Source: an uncultured delta proteobacterium
GTDB lineage: Bacteria; Desulfobacterota; Binatia; Binatales; Binataceae
DNA length: 64,000 bases
NCBI GenBank assembly: GCA_963765675.1
Contig: CAVXXK010000001.1
Coordinates: forward strand, 2,240,001-2,304,000
Direction: 5' to 3'
Position numbers and translations under genes: made by a program. How positions within the stretch are numbered: the stretch's first letter is position 1; each line of letters opens with the position of its first letter. This document shows positions 1-9,377 of this stretch, one piece after another. The notes below the pieces were generated by a model that worked only from the letters and a program-made list of their open reading frames with translations, did no database searches and was not told the DNA's origin.

Positions 1-361
1 GGGTGCAGAAGAACGGACCGTATGTGTTGACCTTGAGCTGGAAATCGAAATCCTCTTCGGTGATTTCGAGCAGCGGCTTCTTCAGGTACGCGCCCGCGTT
101 GTTGATCAGCACCGAGATTGGCCCGAGCTCGCGCTCGACCGCCTCGACCGACGCGAGCACCTGCTCGCGCTTGGAGACGTCGGTCGGCGTGACCAGAGCC
201 TTGCCTCCGGCTTTGCGGATCAAGTCCGCGGTTTCGTCAAGCTGCGATTTGGTGCGTGCGATTAGTCCGCAGGCATAGCCTTCGCGCGCGAGACCAAGAG
301 CGATGTCGCGGCCGATTCCGCGGCCAGCGCCAGTGACTAGAGCGATTTTTGCTTCCGGCAT
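1..361 (-). CDS. SDR family oxidoreductase (5' part; runs off window start)
   Basis: Not in ORF track; read manually from ATG at 361: MPEAKIALVTGAGRGIGRDIA...VLINNAG; TGxxxGIG and NNAG SDR motifs. Confidence 0.9.
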   Translation of the reverse strand, partial: MPEAKIALVTGAGRGIGRDIALGLAREGYACGLIARTKSQLDETADLIRKAGGKALVTPTDVSKREQVLASVEAVERELGPISVLINNAGAYLKKPLLEITEEDFDFQLKVNTYGPFFCT

Positions 362-492
362 AGGCGGCAATCTTATCCAGACTGCGCGCGCCTGCAAACC
401 CGTTTGTGCGAGAGCCTTGGCGACGCACGTTGCGAGTGGTAGCCTTTCGATCAAGGAGCGCCGCGTGGTTTTGCGCGCGGCTCGGCACGCCG

Positions 493-1116
493 GTGGATGA
501 GTATCAAAAATCCGCCCGAAGATCCGAGAGCAAATTCGCCCGCAAGTTCGGCCGACTGATCGCGGGCACCGCCTGCTCGATGCTGCTGATCAGCTTGAGC
601 GCTCCGCGAATCGCGCTGGCCGAAGATCCTGCACCCGCTCCCGACGATTGGGAGCTCTCCGAGCAGGTGCTCGAAATTCCTCAGGCGTGCATCCCCGATG
701 GCGTCGTGATGACGTGCGACGCGCTCGCCCCCGGCGACGATTCCTCCAGCACTGCCGCAGTCGATGGTTCCGCCAGCGCCGATCCCGCTGCCGACCCGAG
801 CGCCGTGGCGAGTTCGGCCGGTTCCAGCAATACCGACGAGGCCTCGAGCGACCCGAGTCTCGGCAATCTGCAGGACTACGAAAACCAGGGTATCGTCGAG
901 GCGCCGATCGCTCCGGTCTATACCTCGGGCGAGACTATCGTTCCGTATGGCCCGTCAACCTATTTTGTGCCTGCCGCGCCGATTGTTCTGGTTCCGGTGG
1001 CTCCGGTCACGATCGCGCGGCCGTTCGGCCATGGTCCGTGGATGATCCCGCCGCGGCGCGGCTTGCGGGGTGGGTTTCCGTTTCATGGGGGCTCGCGGCC
1101 GTTTCGCGTCCGCTGA
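493..1116 (+). CDS. Hypothetical secreted acidic/Pro-rich protein (start uncertain: 406, 493 or 580)
   Basis: Signal-peptide-like segment (LLISLSAPRIALA|EDP), acidic low-complexity body; co-directional with coaX. Confidence 0.6.
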   Translation: MDEYQKSARRSESKFARKFGRLIAGTACSMLLISLSAPRIALAEDPAPAPDDWELSEQVLEIPQACIPDGVVMTCDALAPGDDSSSTAAVDGSASADPAADPSAVASSAGSSNTDEASSDPSLGNLQDYENQGIVEAPIAPVYTSGETIVPYGPSTYFVPAAPIVLVPVAPVTIARPFGHGPWMIPPRRGLRGGFPFHGGSRPFRVR

Positions 1117-1185
1117 AGCGGGGCGCTATTATCTGCGCACCGTCATTCTCGCACGCGGCTCGCGTCCGCGGCGGAGCGTCACTTC

Positions 1186-1956
1186 ATGCTCATCACGCTT
1201 GATGTAGGCAACAGCCACACTGTCATTGGAATTTACGAAGGCGAGCGTCTGGCTCATCACTGGCGGATCCAAACCGTCCCGGAACGCACGACCGACGAAC
1301 ATGGCGCTTTGCTGAATACGCTCTTGCTGGGCGCGGGAATCGAGCCCGGCTTCAGGCCCGATGGCGTGATCATCGCGTGCGTGGTGCCTCCTCTCAACCA
1401 GGCGATGGAGCAACTGTCGGAACGGTATTTCCGATGCGCCCCGCTGATGGTCGGACCGGGAATCAAAACCGGGATGCCGATTCTGTACGAGAATCCCAAA
1501 GAGGTGGGCGCCGATCGAATCGTCAACGCCGTCGCCGCTTTCGATAAATACGCGAGCGCCTGTATCGTCGTCGATTTTGGAACCGCAACCACGCTCGACT
1601 ACGTTACCGGCCGCGGTGAGTACGCCGGCGGCGCGTTGGCACCGGGGCTGGACGTCTCGATGAATGCGCTGATCCAGCGAGCGGCCAAGCTCTATCGCGT
1701 CGAGCTGGTCCGTCCGCGCGAGGTCGTGGGGCGCACGACTATCGGCTCGATTCAGTCAGGCTTGATTTTCGGCTATACCGCGCTGGTCGACGGACTCGTG
1801 CAGCGGATTCGTAAGGAACGCGGCGAAAAGACCCGGGTACTCGCGACCGGCGGCCTCGCGGGCTTGATCGCGCCCGAGAGCGAGACCATAGAAGAGGTGG
1901 ACGAGTTCCTGACGCTCAAGGGGCTTCGGCTGATTTTCGAGCGCAACCGCAGATAG
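1186..1956 (+). CDS. coaX: Type III pantothenate kinase
   Basis: LDVGNS, GADR, VVDFGTATT and ATGG motifs. Confidence 0.95.
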   Translation: MLITLDVGNSHTVIGIYEGERLAHHWRIQTVPERTTDEHGALLNTLLLGAGIEPGFRPDGVIIACVVPPLNQAMEQLSERYFRCAPLMVGPGIKTGMPILYENPKEVGADRIVNAVAAFDKYASACIVVDFGTATTLDYVTGRGEYAGGALAPGLDVSMNALIQRAAKLYRVELVRPREVVGRTTIGSIQSGLIFGYTALVDGLVQRIRKERGEKTRVLATGGLAGLIAPESETIEEVDEFLTLKGLRLIFERNRR

Positions 1957-1983
1957 GCAAGATCGGGCAGAGAGGAAGGTTTG

Positions 1984-2862
1984 ATGGACAAGCAGCCCGC
2001 GCGGATCGTTACCGATTCCATGATCGGAATGAAGCTGCCGGACTACGCGCGCCATTCGCCGCGCGTTGCAACCGTGCTCGGCCATAACCCTGGGCCGTTT
2101 ACCGGACCGGGAACCAATACTTATATCGTCGGCTCGAGCCGGCGTCCGATGCTGCTCGACACCGGGCAGGGAGTTCCGATCTGGGCCGAACTGCTGGTCG
2201 ATGCGATGAAGGAGCTGTCGCACTCGAACGAACTCGATCGAATCGTCGTGACGCATGCGCATCCCGATCACGACGGCGGCGTCGCGCACGCGCGCGAACG
2301 TTTCGGCGACGTGCCGGTGCTGAAGATGCCGTGGCCCGGACACGACAAGGTCGCGCCCGATTCGATTACCGTCATCGGAGCCGACGCCGTAGTCGAGGCC
2401 GAAGGCGTGACGCTGCGCGCGATCCATACTCCCGGCCATGCGCCGGATCATCTGTGCTATTATCTGGCCGAGGAACGCGCGCTCTTTACCGGCGACGTTG
2501 TCCTGGGTGCGGGAACCACGGTGATTCCTGATGACACTGGAGACTTGGCGCAGTACATGGACTCGCTGCGTCGGCTGCTCGAGCTCGATCTCGAGACGAT
2601 CTATCCGGCGCACGGCCCGGTCATCCGCAATCCAAAGGAAAAGATTCGCGAATATATCGCGCATCGTGAACTGCGTGACCGCCAGATCCTCGAGGCGCTG
2701 GCTGCTGGCCCGCTGGAGGTGGTCGCGATCGTGAAGAAGATTTACACCGACGTGCCGGAATATCTGCATCCGGCCGCGGCTCGTTCGGTTCGCTCCCATC
2801 TGAAGAAGCTCGGTAGAGAGGGCCGGGTTACGGAGCATGAGCAGCACTGGAGTCTTAACTAA
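1984..2862 (+). CDS. MBL-fold metallo-hydrolase (LACTB2-like)
   Basis: HNPGPFTGPGTNTY, THAHPDH (HxHxDH), HTPGH, PAHG; C-terminal winged-helix-like tail. Confidence 0.88.
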   Translation: MDKQPARIVTDSMIGMKLPDYARHSPRVATVLGHNPGPFTGPGTNTYIVGSSRRPMLLDTGQGVPIWAELLVDAMKELSHSNELDRIVVTHAHPDHDGGVAHARERFGDVPVLKMPWPGHDKVAPDSITVIGADAVVEAEGVTLRAIHTPGHAPDHLCYYLAEERALFTGDVVLGAGTTVIPDDTGDLAQYMDSLRRLLELDLETIYPAHGPVIRNPKEKIREYIAHRELRDRQILEALAAGPLEVVAIVKKIYTDVPEYLHPAAARSVRSHLKKLGREGRVTEHEQHWSLN

Positions 2863-3886
2863 GCGGGAGCGGCAGCCCGGAGCTTTTCGAGCGCCGATCC
2901 TCGGCGTCGTATGCGCGATAGCGCTCGCCTGCGCTGCAGGTCGCACGCGCGTGTGCGCCGCGGCGGATGCGTCAGGTGCGGCTCCGGCAGTGACCTCGTC
3001 GCCGGCAGCTTCCCCGATAGTACCGATAGCAGCGGCGACGGCTCCAGCCGCCGCGGTCACTCCCGCCGCGGCTCCCTCCGCCGTCGGAGGCGTTTCGTCC
3101 TACGTGGCCGACAGCACGGCGCCTCCGAGGCTCGCGTCGCCAGTATCTTCACCGGTGGCCGATCTTGGTGAACCCGGCGCCGACGCGCCCGATCCCGCCG
3201 AAACGCCTATCGCCACTATTCCGCCGAATCTCGTGAAGACACTTACCGACCCGTACGCCGTCCCCTCGACGACGGTCGAGATAGCGCCCGCGATGGCCGA
3301 ACCGGCCGCGTCGCCATCGCCGCCACTCATCGAGGAAGATTCTTCGAGCTTCGTAAACAGTCCGGAAGTGGTTGACTACGAGAAGCATCAGGAAGACGCC
3401 ACGTTCCCCGGTCCTCCCGGCGCGTTCGGTCCGTCCTCGATGCAGATGTCGGCGCTGTCCGAAGACGCGATTTCTTCGCCGATTGGACTTGAATTGCGCG
3501 AGGCGCGGCGCACCCTCAAATCGGGCGAAGAGGCCGACGGCCTTCTGATCACAGAGGTCACCAAGGGCAGTCCCGCCGCGGTTGCGGGGCTGCATGCGTA
3601 CTCTCGCGGGATTCACAACGCGTTGACCGGTGCGATGATCGCCGCGGCGCTGGTATTTCCGCCGGCGATTATCGGCGTCCCTCTGCTCGACTACGCGGAA
3701 GTCGGCGAGAGCTATGACCTGATCATCGGCGTCGACGGAGTCCGCGTAACCGACTTCCTTGATTTTCAGGATCGAATGCGCGACCTCAAGCCGGGCGAGA
3801 TCGTCTACCTGAGTGTGGTGCGCGACGGACGCCGCCATCAGTTCCGCGTGAACGTTCCACTCGGCACCAATCTCGCCTCCTGGTAA
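2837..3886 (+). CDS. Exported PDZ-domain protein with Pro/Ala-rich N-terminal linker
   Basis: Signal-like N-terminus; GLLITEVTKGSPAAVAGL...DLIIGVDG...LKPGEIVYLSVVRDG PDZ signature. Confidence 0.75.
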   Translation: MSSTGVLTKRERQPGAFRAPILGVVCAIALACAAGRTRVCAAADASGAAPAVTSSPAASPIVPIAAATAPAAAVTPAAAPSAVGGVSSYVADSTAPPRLASPVSSPVADLGEPGADAPDPAETPIATIPPNLVKTLTDPYAVPSTTVEIAPAMAEPAASPSPPLIEEDSSSFVNSPEVVDYEKHQEDATFPGPPGAFGPSSMQMSALSEDAISSPIGLELREARRTLKSGEEADGLLITEVTKGSPAAVAGLHAYSRGIHNALTGAMIAAALVFPPAIIGVPLLDYAEVGESYDLIIGVDGVRVTDFLDFQDRMRDLKPGEIVYLSVVRDGRRHQFRVNVPLGTNLASW

Positions 3887-3938
3887 ATCGATCGTAGCTC
3901 TTTACCGCGCATCAAATTTCGTACTAAGTGTTTTGTCT

Positions 3939-4170
3939 GCCCGTCGAGGAATCTTTCCCGGCGAGGCTTGAGGCAACCGCCCCTGACGGGCGCAAAGCTC
4001 CGCTCATTTGGGCGGACGAGATTGAAAAGATACGCAGCTTGGGCTCGCGCCTGGATCCGCGACACGGACCGGGACTCCAACGGGACTTGAGCACTACTCA
4101 GCGCCGATCGGAAAGATCGGATGCCTGATAAGTTCGCTCCCACACGGGGTTGCCGGAATGCGGCAGCCCC
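3939..4170 (+). promoter_or_regulatory. Structured 5' leader of panBC (candidate pan-motif-like RNA)
   Basis: GCCCGTC(3939)/GACGGGC(3985) stem plus hairpins CCGATC-GGAAA-GATCGG and GGGGTTGCCG/CGGCAGCCCC in a ~300 nt intergenic region directly before panB. Confidence 0.4.
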
Positions 4171-4193
4171 GCTTGCGTTTCCGGGAGCCTGCG

Positions 4194-5054
4194 ATGCACG
4201 AAGAAAAAGTTCACGTGCCCGATCTGGCGCGGATGAAATCGGCGCGGCGGCCGATCACGATGCTGACCGCGTATGACTACCCGTTCGCGCGCATCTTCGA
4301 TCTTGCCGGGGTTGACCTCCTGCTGGTCGGCGACAGCCTGGCGATGGCGGTGCGGGGGGAAGATAGCACCCTGGCCGTTACAATCGACGAGATCATCTAC
4401 CACACCCGCGCCGTTGCGCGCGCTCGCAAACGCGCGCTGCTCGTCGCCGACATGCCGTTTCTCTCCTACCAGGTCACGCCGGAAGACGCCCTGCGCAACG
4501 CGGGGCGCCTGATCAAAGAGGGCGGCGCAGAGGCGGTCAAGCTCGAAGGCGGCGTCGCGATCGCCGAGACGGTGCGCAGGCTCGCGGCGGTCGATATTCC
4601 GGTGATGGGGCACGTCGGTCTGACGCCGCAGTCGGTCCATCGGATGGGCGGGCATCGCGTGCAGGGCCGCAAATCGGGCGGTGCGCCCGGATGCCGCGAG
4701 CGCCTTATCGAAGACGCGCTCGCGATCGAGGCGGCCGGCGCATTCGCGCTCGTGGTCGAAGGAGTGCCCCCGTCGCTCGGCCGCGAGATCGCGACGCGCG
4801 TGCGAATTCCCGCGATCGGGATCGGCGCGGGGCCGGACCTCGACGGCCAGGTGCTGGTGATGCACGACATGCTCGGACTCGGCGAATCGTTCATCCCGCG
4901 CTTCGCAAAACCATTCGCGGCGTTGTGGAAGGACGCATCCGCCGCGGCACAGAGCTACGTGCGCGAGGTTCGCGAACGCGCGTTTCCAGCACCAGAACAT
5001 TGCTATGCAGAGGGCGGCGCACCTGCCGCCAAGCGAATCGAAGGCGAGATTTGA
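4194..5054 (+). CDS. panB: 3-methyl-2-oxobutanoate hydroxymethyltransferase
   Basis: MLTAYD, LLVGDSL, ADMPF, VKLEGG, GHVGLTPQ, GIGAG motifs. Confidence 0.96.
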   Translation: MHEEKVHVPDLARMKSARRPITMLTAYDYPFARIFDLAGVDLLLVGDSLAMAVRGEDSTLAVTIDEIIYHTRAVARARKRALLVADMPFLSYQVTPEDALRNAGRLIKEGGAEAVKLEGGVAIAETVRRLAAVDIPVMGHVGLTPQSVHRMGGHRVQGRKSGGAPGCRERLIEDALAIEAAGAFALVVEGVPPSLGREIATRVRIPAIGIGAGPDLDGQVLVMHDMLGLGESFIPRFAKPFAALWKDASAAAQSYVREVRERAFPAPEHCYAEGGAPAAKRIEGEI

Positions 5055-5056
5055 CG

Positions 5057-5902
5057 ATGCAAATAATCAATCATCCCGATGAAATGGCCAGGTGGGCCGA
5101 CGCGGCTCGCGCGCGCGGCGAACGGATCGCACTGGTGCCGACGATGGGCTTTCTGCACGACGGTCATCTAACCCTGATGCGGCAAGGGCGGGCGCGTGCG
5201 GAGGCGCTGGTCGCGTCGATCTTCGTCAATCCAACCCAGTTCGGTCCGAATGAGGATCTGGCGCGCTACCCGCGCGACTTCGAGCGCGATCTCGCGATGC
5301 TCGAGACGGTGCCGGTGGACGTCGTCTTCGCGCCGGAGGCCTCCGCGATGTACTCGGCGGATGCCGAGACGTGGGTCGAGGTGACCGGCGTCACGCGCGG
5401 GCTATGCGGCCCGTTTCGGCCGGGCCATTTTCGCGGCGTGACGACGATCGTCGCAAAACTGTTCAATATCGTGAAGCCGCATCTCGCGGTGTTCGGCGAG
5501 AAAGATTTTCAGCAACTGCGCGCGATCGAAAGGATGGTCGCCGATCTGAATTTCGATCTGGAAATTGTTCCGGTGCCGATCGTGCGCGAAAAAGACGGTC
5601 TCGCGATGAGCTCACGCAACGCCTACCTCTCGCCCGACGAGCGCGAGCGCGCCCTCGGGCTGAGTCTCGCCCTGCGCGCCGCGCGCGATCGTTTCAAGTG
5701 CGGTTCCTGCTGCGTCGAGGAGCTGGTCGCCGCCGCCTCGCGCGTCCTGCGCAAGACCCCCGGAATCGAGATAGAGTACGTGGAAGCGGTAGACGCGCGC
5801 ACGCTCGCCCCAACACGCTCTCTCGCCGCGCCGCTCCTAATCGCAATCGCGGCCCGGGTCGGCAAGACCCGCCTGATCGACAACGCAGTGCTGACGCCAT
5901 GA
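5057..5902 (+). CDS. panC: Pantoate--beta-alanine ligase
   Basis: PTMGFLHDGH, FVNPTQF, RPGHFRGV, FGEKDFQQ, GLAMSSRN, RLIDN; ATG at 5057. Confidence 0.96.
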   Translation: MQIINHPDEMARWADAARARGERIALVPTMGFLHDGHLTLMRQGRARAEALVASIFVNPTQFGPNEDLARYPRDFERDLAMLETVPVDVVFAPEASAMYSADAETWVEVTGVTRGLCGPFRPGHFRGVTTIVAKLFNIVKPHLAVFGEKDFQQLRAIERMVADLNFDLEIVPVPIVREKDGLAMSSRNAYLSPDERERALGLSLALRAARDRFKCGSCCVEELVAAASRVLRKTPGIEIEYVEAVDARTLAPTRSLAAPLLIAIAARVGKTRLIDNAVLTP

Positions 5903-6046
5903 ACAAAAACGTGCGAACGGCGAAGGGGAGAGGGTTGGGTCGATTGCCTGAGAATCATATTCCGTCCGAGGGCATCCGATTTTCATCCATCAGGGTGCGC
6001 GCAGCGAATCCAATTTGATTCTGCTTCCCAGCGGGACATCCCTGCG

Positions 6047-7306
6047 CTAGGCGTCGGCGCGGGCGACGTCCAGCATTGCTTTGGCGGCGCGGTCGGCGAC
6101 CTCAGTCATCAGGTCGTCGGTCATCACGGTCGAAAGAGCGATCAATCCGCGCGGCGCGATGAACAGCCCCTGGTTGAGCGCGGCCAGGTGGAATGCGGCG
6201 ATCGTACGCGAATCCTCGCGGTTGATGGTCGCGGAGGGCGCTTCGTTCAGGAAGAAAATGTTCATCAACGATCCGAATTGGCGCACCGAGAACGGCAACT
6301 CCGCCTGGCGCGCCGCGCGTTTCAGATCTTCGGCGAGCTTTTTCGCCCGCTTCTCCATCGCGTCGATCCGCTCGCCCGTCAGTTCCTTGACCGACACGAT
6401 TCCCGCCGCGCAGGTCGCGGGATTTCCGTTGAAGGTGCCCGAATGAAATAGCGCGCCGCGCTCGCGCGGGTCGAACGCCGACATCACTTCGGCACTGCCG
6501 CCTAGCGCACCGACCGGCAATCCGCCGCCGATAATTTTGCCCATCATCGTGAGGTCGGGCTTCGCGCTGAAGATCGCCTGCGCGCCGCCTGTGGCGAGGC
6601 GCAGTGTGATCACTTCGTCCAGAATGAACAGCGCGCCCGCGCGATGCGCCGCTTCGCCCACGCGCTCGAGAAATCCGTCGGGCGGAGCGACGACTCCGGC
6701 CGAGCCGAGAACCGGCTCGAGGAACACGCCTGCGATTTCCTGCCCGCGTTCGGTGAGCAGCGCCTCGAAGGAAGTCGCCTCGCCGAAATCCGCGAGCATC
6801 GTGCGCTCGCCGTCATGCCCGGCAAGGCCGAGCTCGAGATCGTCGTAAGAGCCGTGATAGCCATAGCGCGCCATCAGGATCAGCTTGCGCCCGGTGAGGC
6901 GCCGCGCGACGTGGCATGCGAGCATCCCGGCCTCGGTGCCGGAGTTGCAAAAACGCACCCGCTCGACCGAGGCAACGCGATTGCACAAGAGCTCGGCCAG
7001 CGCGACCTGAGCTTCCGAGCGCGCAGGCCACGCGGTGCCGTCTTTCGCGGCGCGAGTTATCGCCTCGACGATGGGCGGATAGGCGTGGCCATGGACCAGG
7101 CTGGTGTAGTTGCCGAGCAGATCGATGTAGCGATTACCGTCAATATCGTGCAAAAAAGGGCCTTCGCCGCGCGCGATAGTGAGCGAGTAGGGGCGATAGT
7201 GCGCGGTGGTGCGGGTGTCGCCGCCGGGCAGGACCCGCTCGGCGCGCGAGGCCATCTCGGCCGACTTTGGCGTCGCGGCTTTGTACTGCTCTTCAATTTT
7301 GCTCAT
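6047..7306 (-). CDS. Class III PLP aminotransferase (glutamate-1-semialdehyde aminomutase-like)
   Basis: NSGTEA, YHG, ILDEVIT, GKIIGGGLPVG, SGTFNGNP; strong AGGAGG RBS. Confidence 0.85.
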   Translation of the reverse strand: MSKIEEQYKAATPKSAEMASRAERVLPGGDTRTTAHYRPYSLTIARGEGPFLHDIDGNRYIDLLGNYTSLVHGHAYPPIVEAITRAAKDGTAWPARSEAQVALAELLCNRVASVERVRFCNSGTEAGMLACHVARRLTGRKLILMARYGYHGSYDDLELGLAGHDGERTMLADFGEATSFEALLTERGQEIAGVFLEPVLGSAGVVAPPDGFLERVGEAAHRAGALFILDEVITLRLATGGAQAIFSAKPDLTMMGKIIGGGLPVGALGGSAEVMSAFDPRERGALFHSGTFNGNPATCAAGIVSVKELTGERIDAMEKRAKKLAEDLKRAARQAELPFSVRQFGSLMNIFFLNEAPSATINREDSRTIAAFHLAALNQGLFIAPRGLIALSTVMTDDLMTEVADRAAKAMLDVARADA

Positions 7307-7464
7307 TTTTTGCTACTGCCTCCTCCTGCGCCCGCCTCCGCGCTCATCGATTCAATCGCCGAATGTTCTTTAGTCTAGATGTTATTATTTGCGCCTTAAT
7401 GTCGAAGGCGAGTCAAGCATCTCTATTTGCTGGAGGGTAGGCGGTTCGTTTTGACGTGTTGGAA

Positions 7465-7505
7465 GTCATTCTCGTGCGTAAAGCTGCCGCGCGAGAAATC
7501 CCGAG
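7465..7505 (+). repeat. GTCATT...GAAATCCCGAG REP-like element (single copy)
   Basis: Same end motifs as the copies at 26.6 kb and 30.9-31.2 kb (GCGAGAAATCCCGAG is identical to 31084-31098). Confidence 0.55.
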
Positions 7506-7536
7506 TTCGGATTGTGCTCGACCTTGGCAGAGCGGC

Positions 7537-7613
7537 ACCCTCACCCGCGCGTCACGATGCTTGCGAAAAGAGCAAGCATCGCGCCGCGCCGCCCTCTCCC
7601 GGGGGGAGAGGGT
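7537..7613. repeat. CCCTCACCC...CCCTCTCCC/GGGAGAGGG palindromic REP-like element
   Basis: Internal hairpin CGATGCTTGC/GCAAGCATCG and terminal hairpin CCCTCTCCC-GGG-GGGAGAGGG. Confidence 0.65.
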
Positions 7614-7704
7614 ATATAAGAACTGGCGCGCCTCGCGGGAATGACAGATCAGCATCAAACGGTCACCGTCATGCGCGTCATTTGATGACGTGGCGTTGGC
7701 GATG

Positions 7705-8940
7705 TCAACGTGGGGTGGGCGTAAACTCGATCGGCAGGGCGGCGGGAGAACGGAAGCGGCCGGCGACTTGATAGCGGATTTCGGTGTCCGCGAGGCGCAG
7801 ATTTGACGTCCGCGCGACGAGTGCCGAGATCGCGATTTGCGCCTCGGCGCGGGCGAGGCTGGCGCCAAGGCAATAGTGCGGTCCGAGGCTGAAGGCGAGA
7901 TGGTCGTTGTCCTTGCGCGTGATATCGAAGCGGTCGGGATCTGGGAATCGCGCAGGATCGCGGTTGGCCGCGCCGAGCAGGACCGATACCGCCTGTCCCT
8001 TGCGAATCGTCGTGCCAGCAATCTCGACGTCCTGTGTCGCTACCTGCGGCGACGGCGCCTGCGTGGGTGAATCGTAGCGCAGCGCTTCCTCGACGGCGCT
8101 CGTGATTAAACCTGGCTCGGCGCGCAGGCGCGCCAGCTCGCTCGGATTGCGCAGGAGTGCCAGAATCGCGAGCCCGATCAGGCTGCGGGTGGTGCCGTGG
8201 CCTGCGGCGAAGAGCGTCTCCGTGATCGAGACGAGCTGATCGTCGGTCATGTTGCGGTCTTTTTCGCGTGCCGAAATCAGCGCGCTCATCAGATCGTCGG
8301 CGGGACGCGCTTTTCTTTGCGCGATCAGAGCGCGCAGGTAATCGCCGAACGCGCGCGCCGACGAGTCGCCCTCGGCCATCATTTCGGACGTGCGCACAAT
8401 TCCGCGCGACACGATGATCCCGTCCACCCATTGCCGCAGCATCGCCCAATCCTCGCGCGGAACGCCGATCATCGCGGAGATAACGTCGGCGGGAAGTGGA
8501 TAGGCGTAGTCAGCGATCACGTCCATGCGGCCCGCCACCGCGAGTTCGTCGAGACGCGACGCCACCGCCGACTCGATCTGCGGGCGCATCGCGGCGATCC
8601 GATGCGGAGTGAAAGCCTTGCCGACCACGTCGCGCATCCAGGTGTGATTCTCGCCGTCGAGGAACGAGAGTTCCTGGCTCTGGAATTTCAGGATCGGTGC
8701 ATCGGCCCCGAACTTCGCGCGCATCGCGTCCAGATACGCCACCCGCGAGAAGCGGCGATCACGCAGATAGGCCGAAGCGTCCGCGTATCGCGTCAGCATC
8801 CACGCCTGCGCGAAGGGACTCCAATAAACGGGGTCCTCGCGGCGCAGGCGGTGATAAAGCGGGTAGGGGTCGGGATGCCCCGGAAGAGTAGGGTCGCGAT
8901 CGTCGGGAAACCGCGCGTCCGATGCCATCGCGGCGTTCAA
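7705..8940 (-). CDS. Cytochrome P450
   Basis: EEALR (ExxR), NRDP..F.DPDRFD, HLAFSLGPHYCLG heme-Cys motif. Confidence 0.95.
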   Translation of the reverse strand: MNAAMASDARFPDDRDPTLPGHPDPYPLYHRLRREDPVYWSPFAQAWMLTRYADASAYLRDRRFSRVAYLDAMRAKFGADAPILKFQSQELSFLDGENHTWMRDVVGKAFTPHRIAAMRPQIESAVASRLDELAVAGRMDVIADYAYPLPADVISAMIGVPREDWAMLRQWVDGIIVSRGIVRTSEMMAEGDSSARAFGDYLRALIAQRKARPADDLMSALISAREKDRNMTDDQLVSITETLFAAGHGTTRSLIGLAILALLRNPSELARLRAEPGLITSAVEEALRYDSPTQAPSPQVATQDVEIAGTTIRKGQAVSVLLGAANRDPARFPDPDRFDITRKDNDHLAFSLGPHYCLGASLARAEAQIAISALVARTSNLRLADTEIRYQVAGRFRSPAALPIEFTPTPR

Positions 8941-9341
8941 CGCGCGATCGCGATCGCTTCCATCTCGACCATCAGCCCCTCGATCGCGAGCGCCGTCACG
9001 CCCACCATCGTCGAAGCCGGCGCCTTGGTGCCCTCTGGAAACAGCGCGGCGCGTGCCTCGCGCATCGCGGAGTAATCGGACTGCTTGTAGTTCACGATAT
9101 AGGTGTTGGTCTTGACGATATCGGCCGGAGTCGCGCCGGCGGCTTCGAGCGCAAGCTTCAGATTGGCGGCTGCCTGCCGCACTTGTCCCTTCAGGTCGCC
9201 GGGGCTGACGAGCTTGCCGTCCTTGTCAACCGCGACCTGCCCCGAAATGAAAATGATCCTGCCCGGCGCGCTGACGGTCACGACGTGCGTGTAACCGCGC
9301 GGTTCGAGAAGAGTTTGTGGATTGATGTGTTTGGTTTCCAT
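8937..9341 (-). CDS. RidA/YjgF family protein
   Basis: GYTHVV, IFISGQV, PASTMVGVTAL...VEMEAIA. Confidence 0.9.
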   Translation of the reverse strand: METKHINPQTLLEPRGYTHVVTVSAPGRIIFISGQVAVDKDGKLVSPGDLKGQVRQAAANLKLALEAAGATPADIVKTNTYIVNYKQSDYSAMREARAALFPEGTKAPASTMVGVTALAIEGLMVEMEAIAIAR

Positions 9342-9377
9342 CGAAATTTCTCCTGTCAGCTGTTGTAAGGAGTCTAA

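Noticed and set aside
5899-6018. 39 aa ORF overlapping the panC stop (possible panD?)
   Set aside because: No PanD similarity (no KSKIHRA or GS cleavage motif); probably non-coding. panD is absent from this window.
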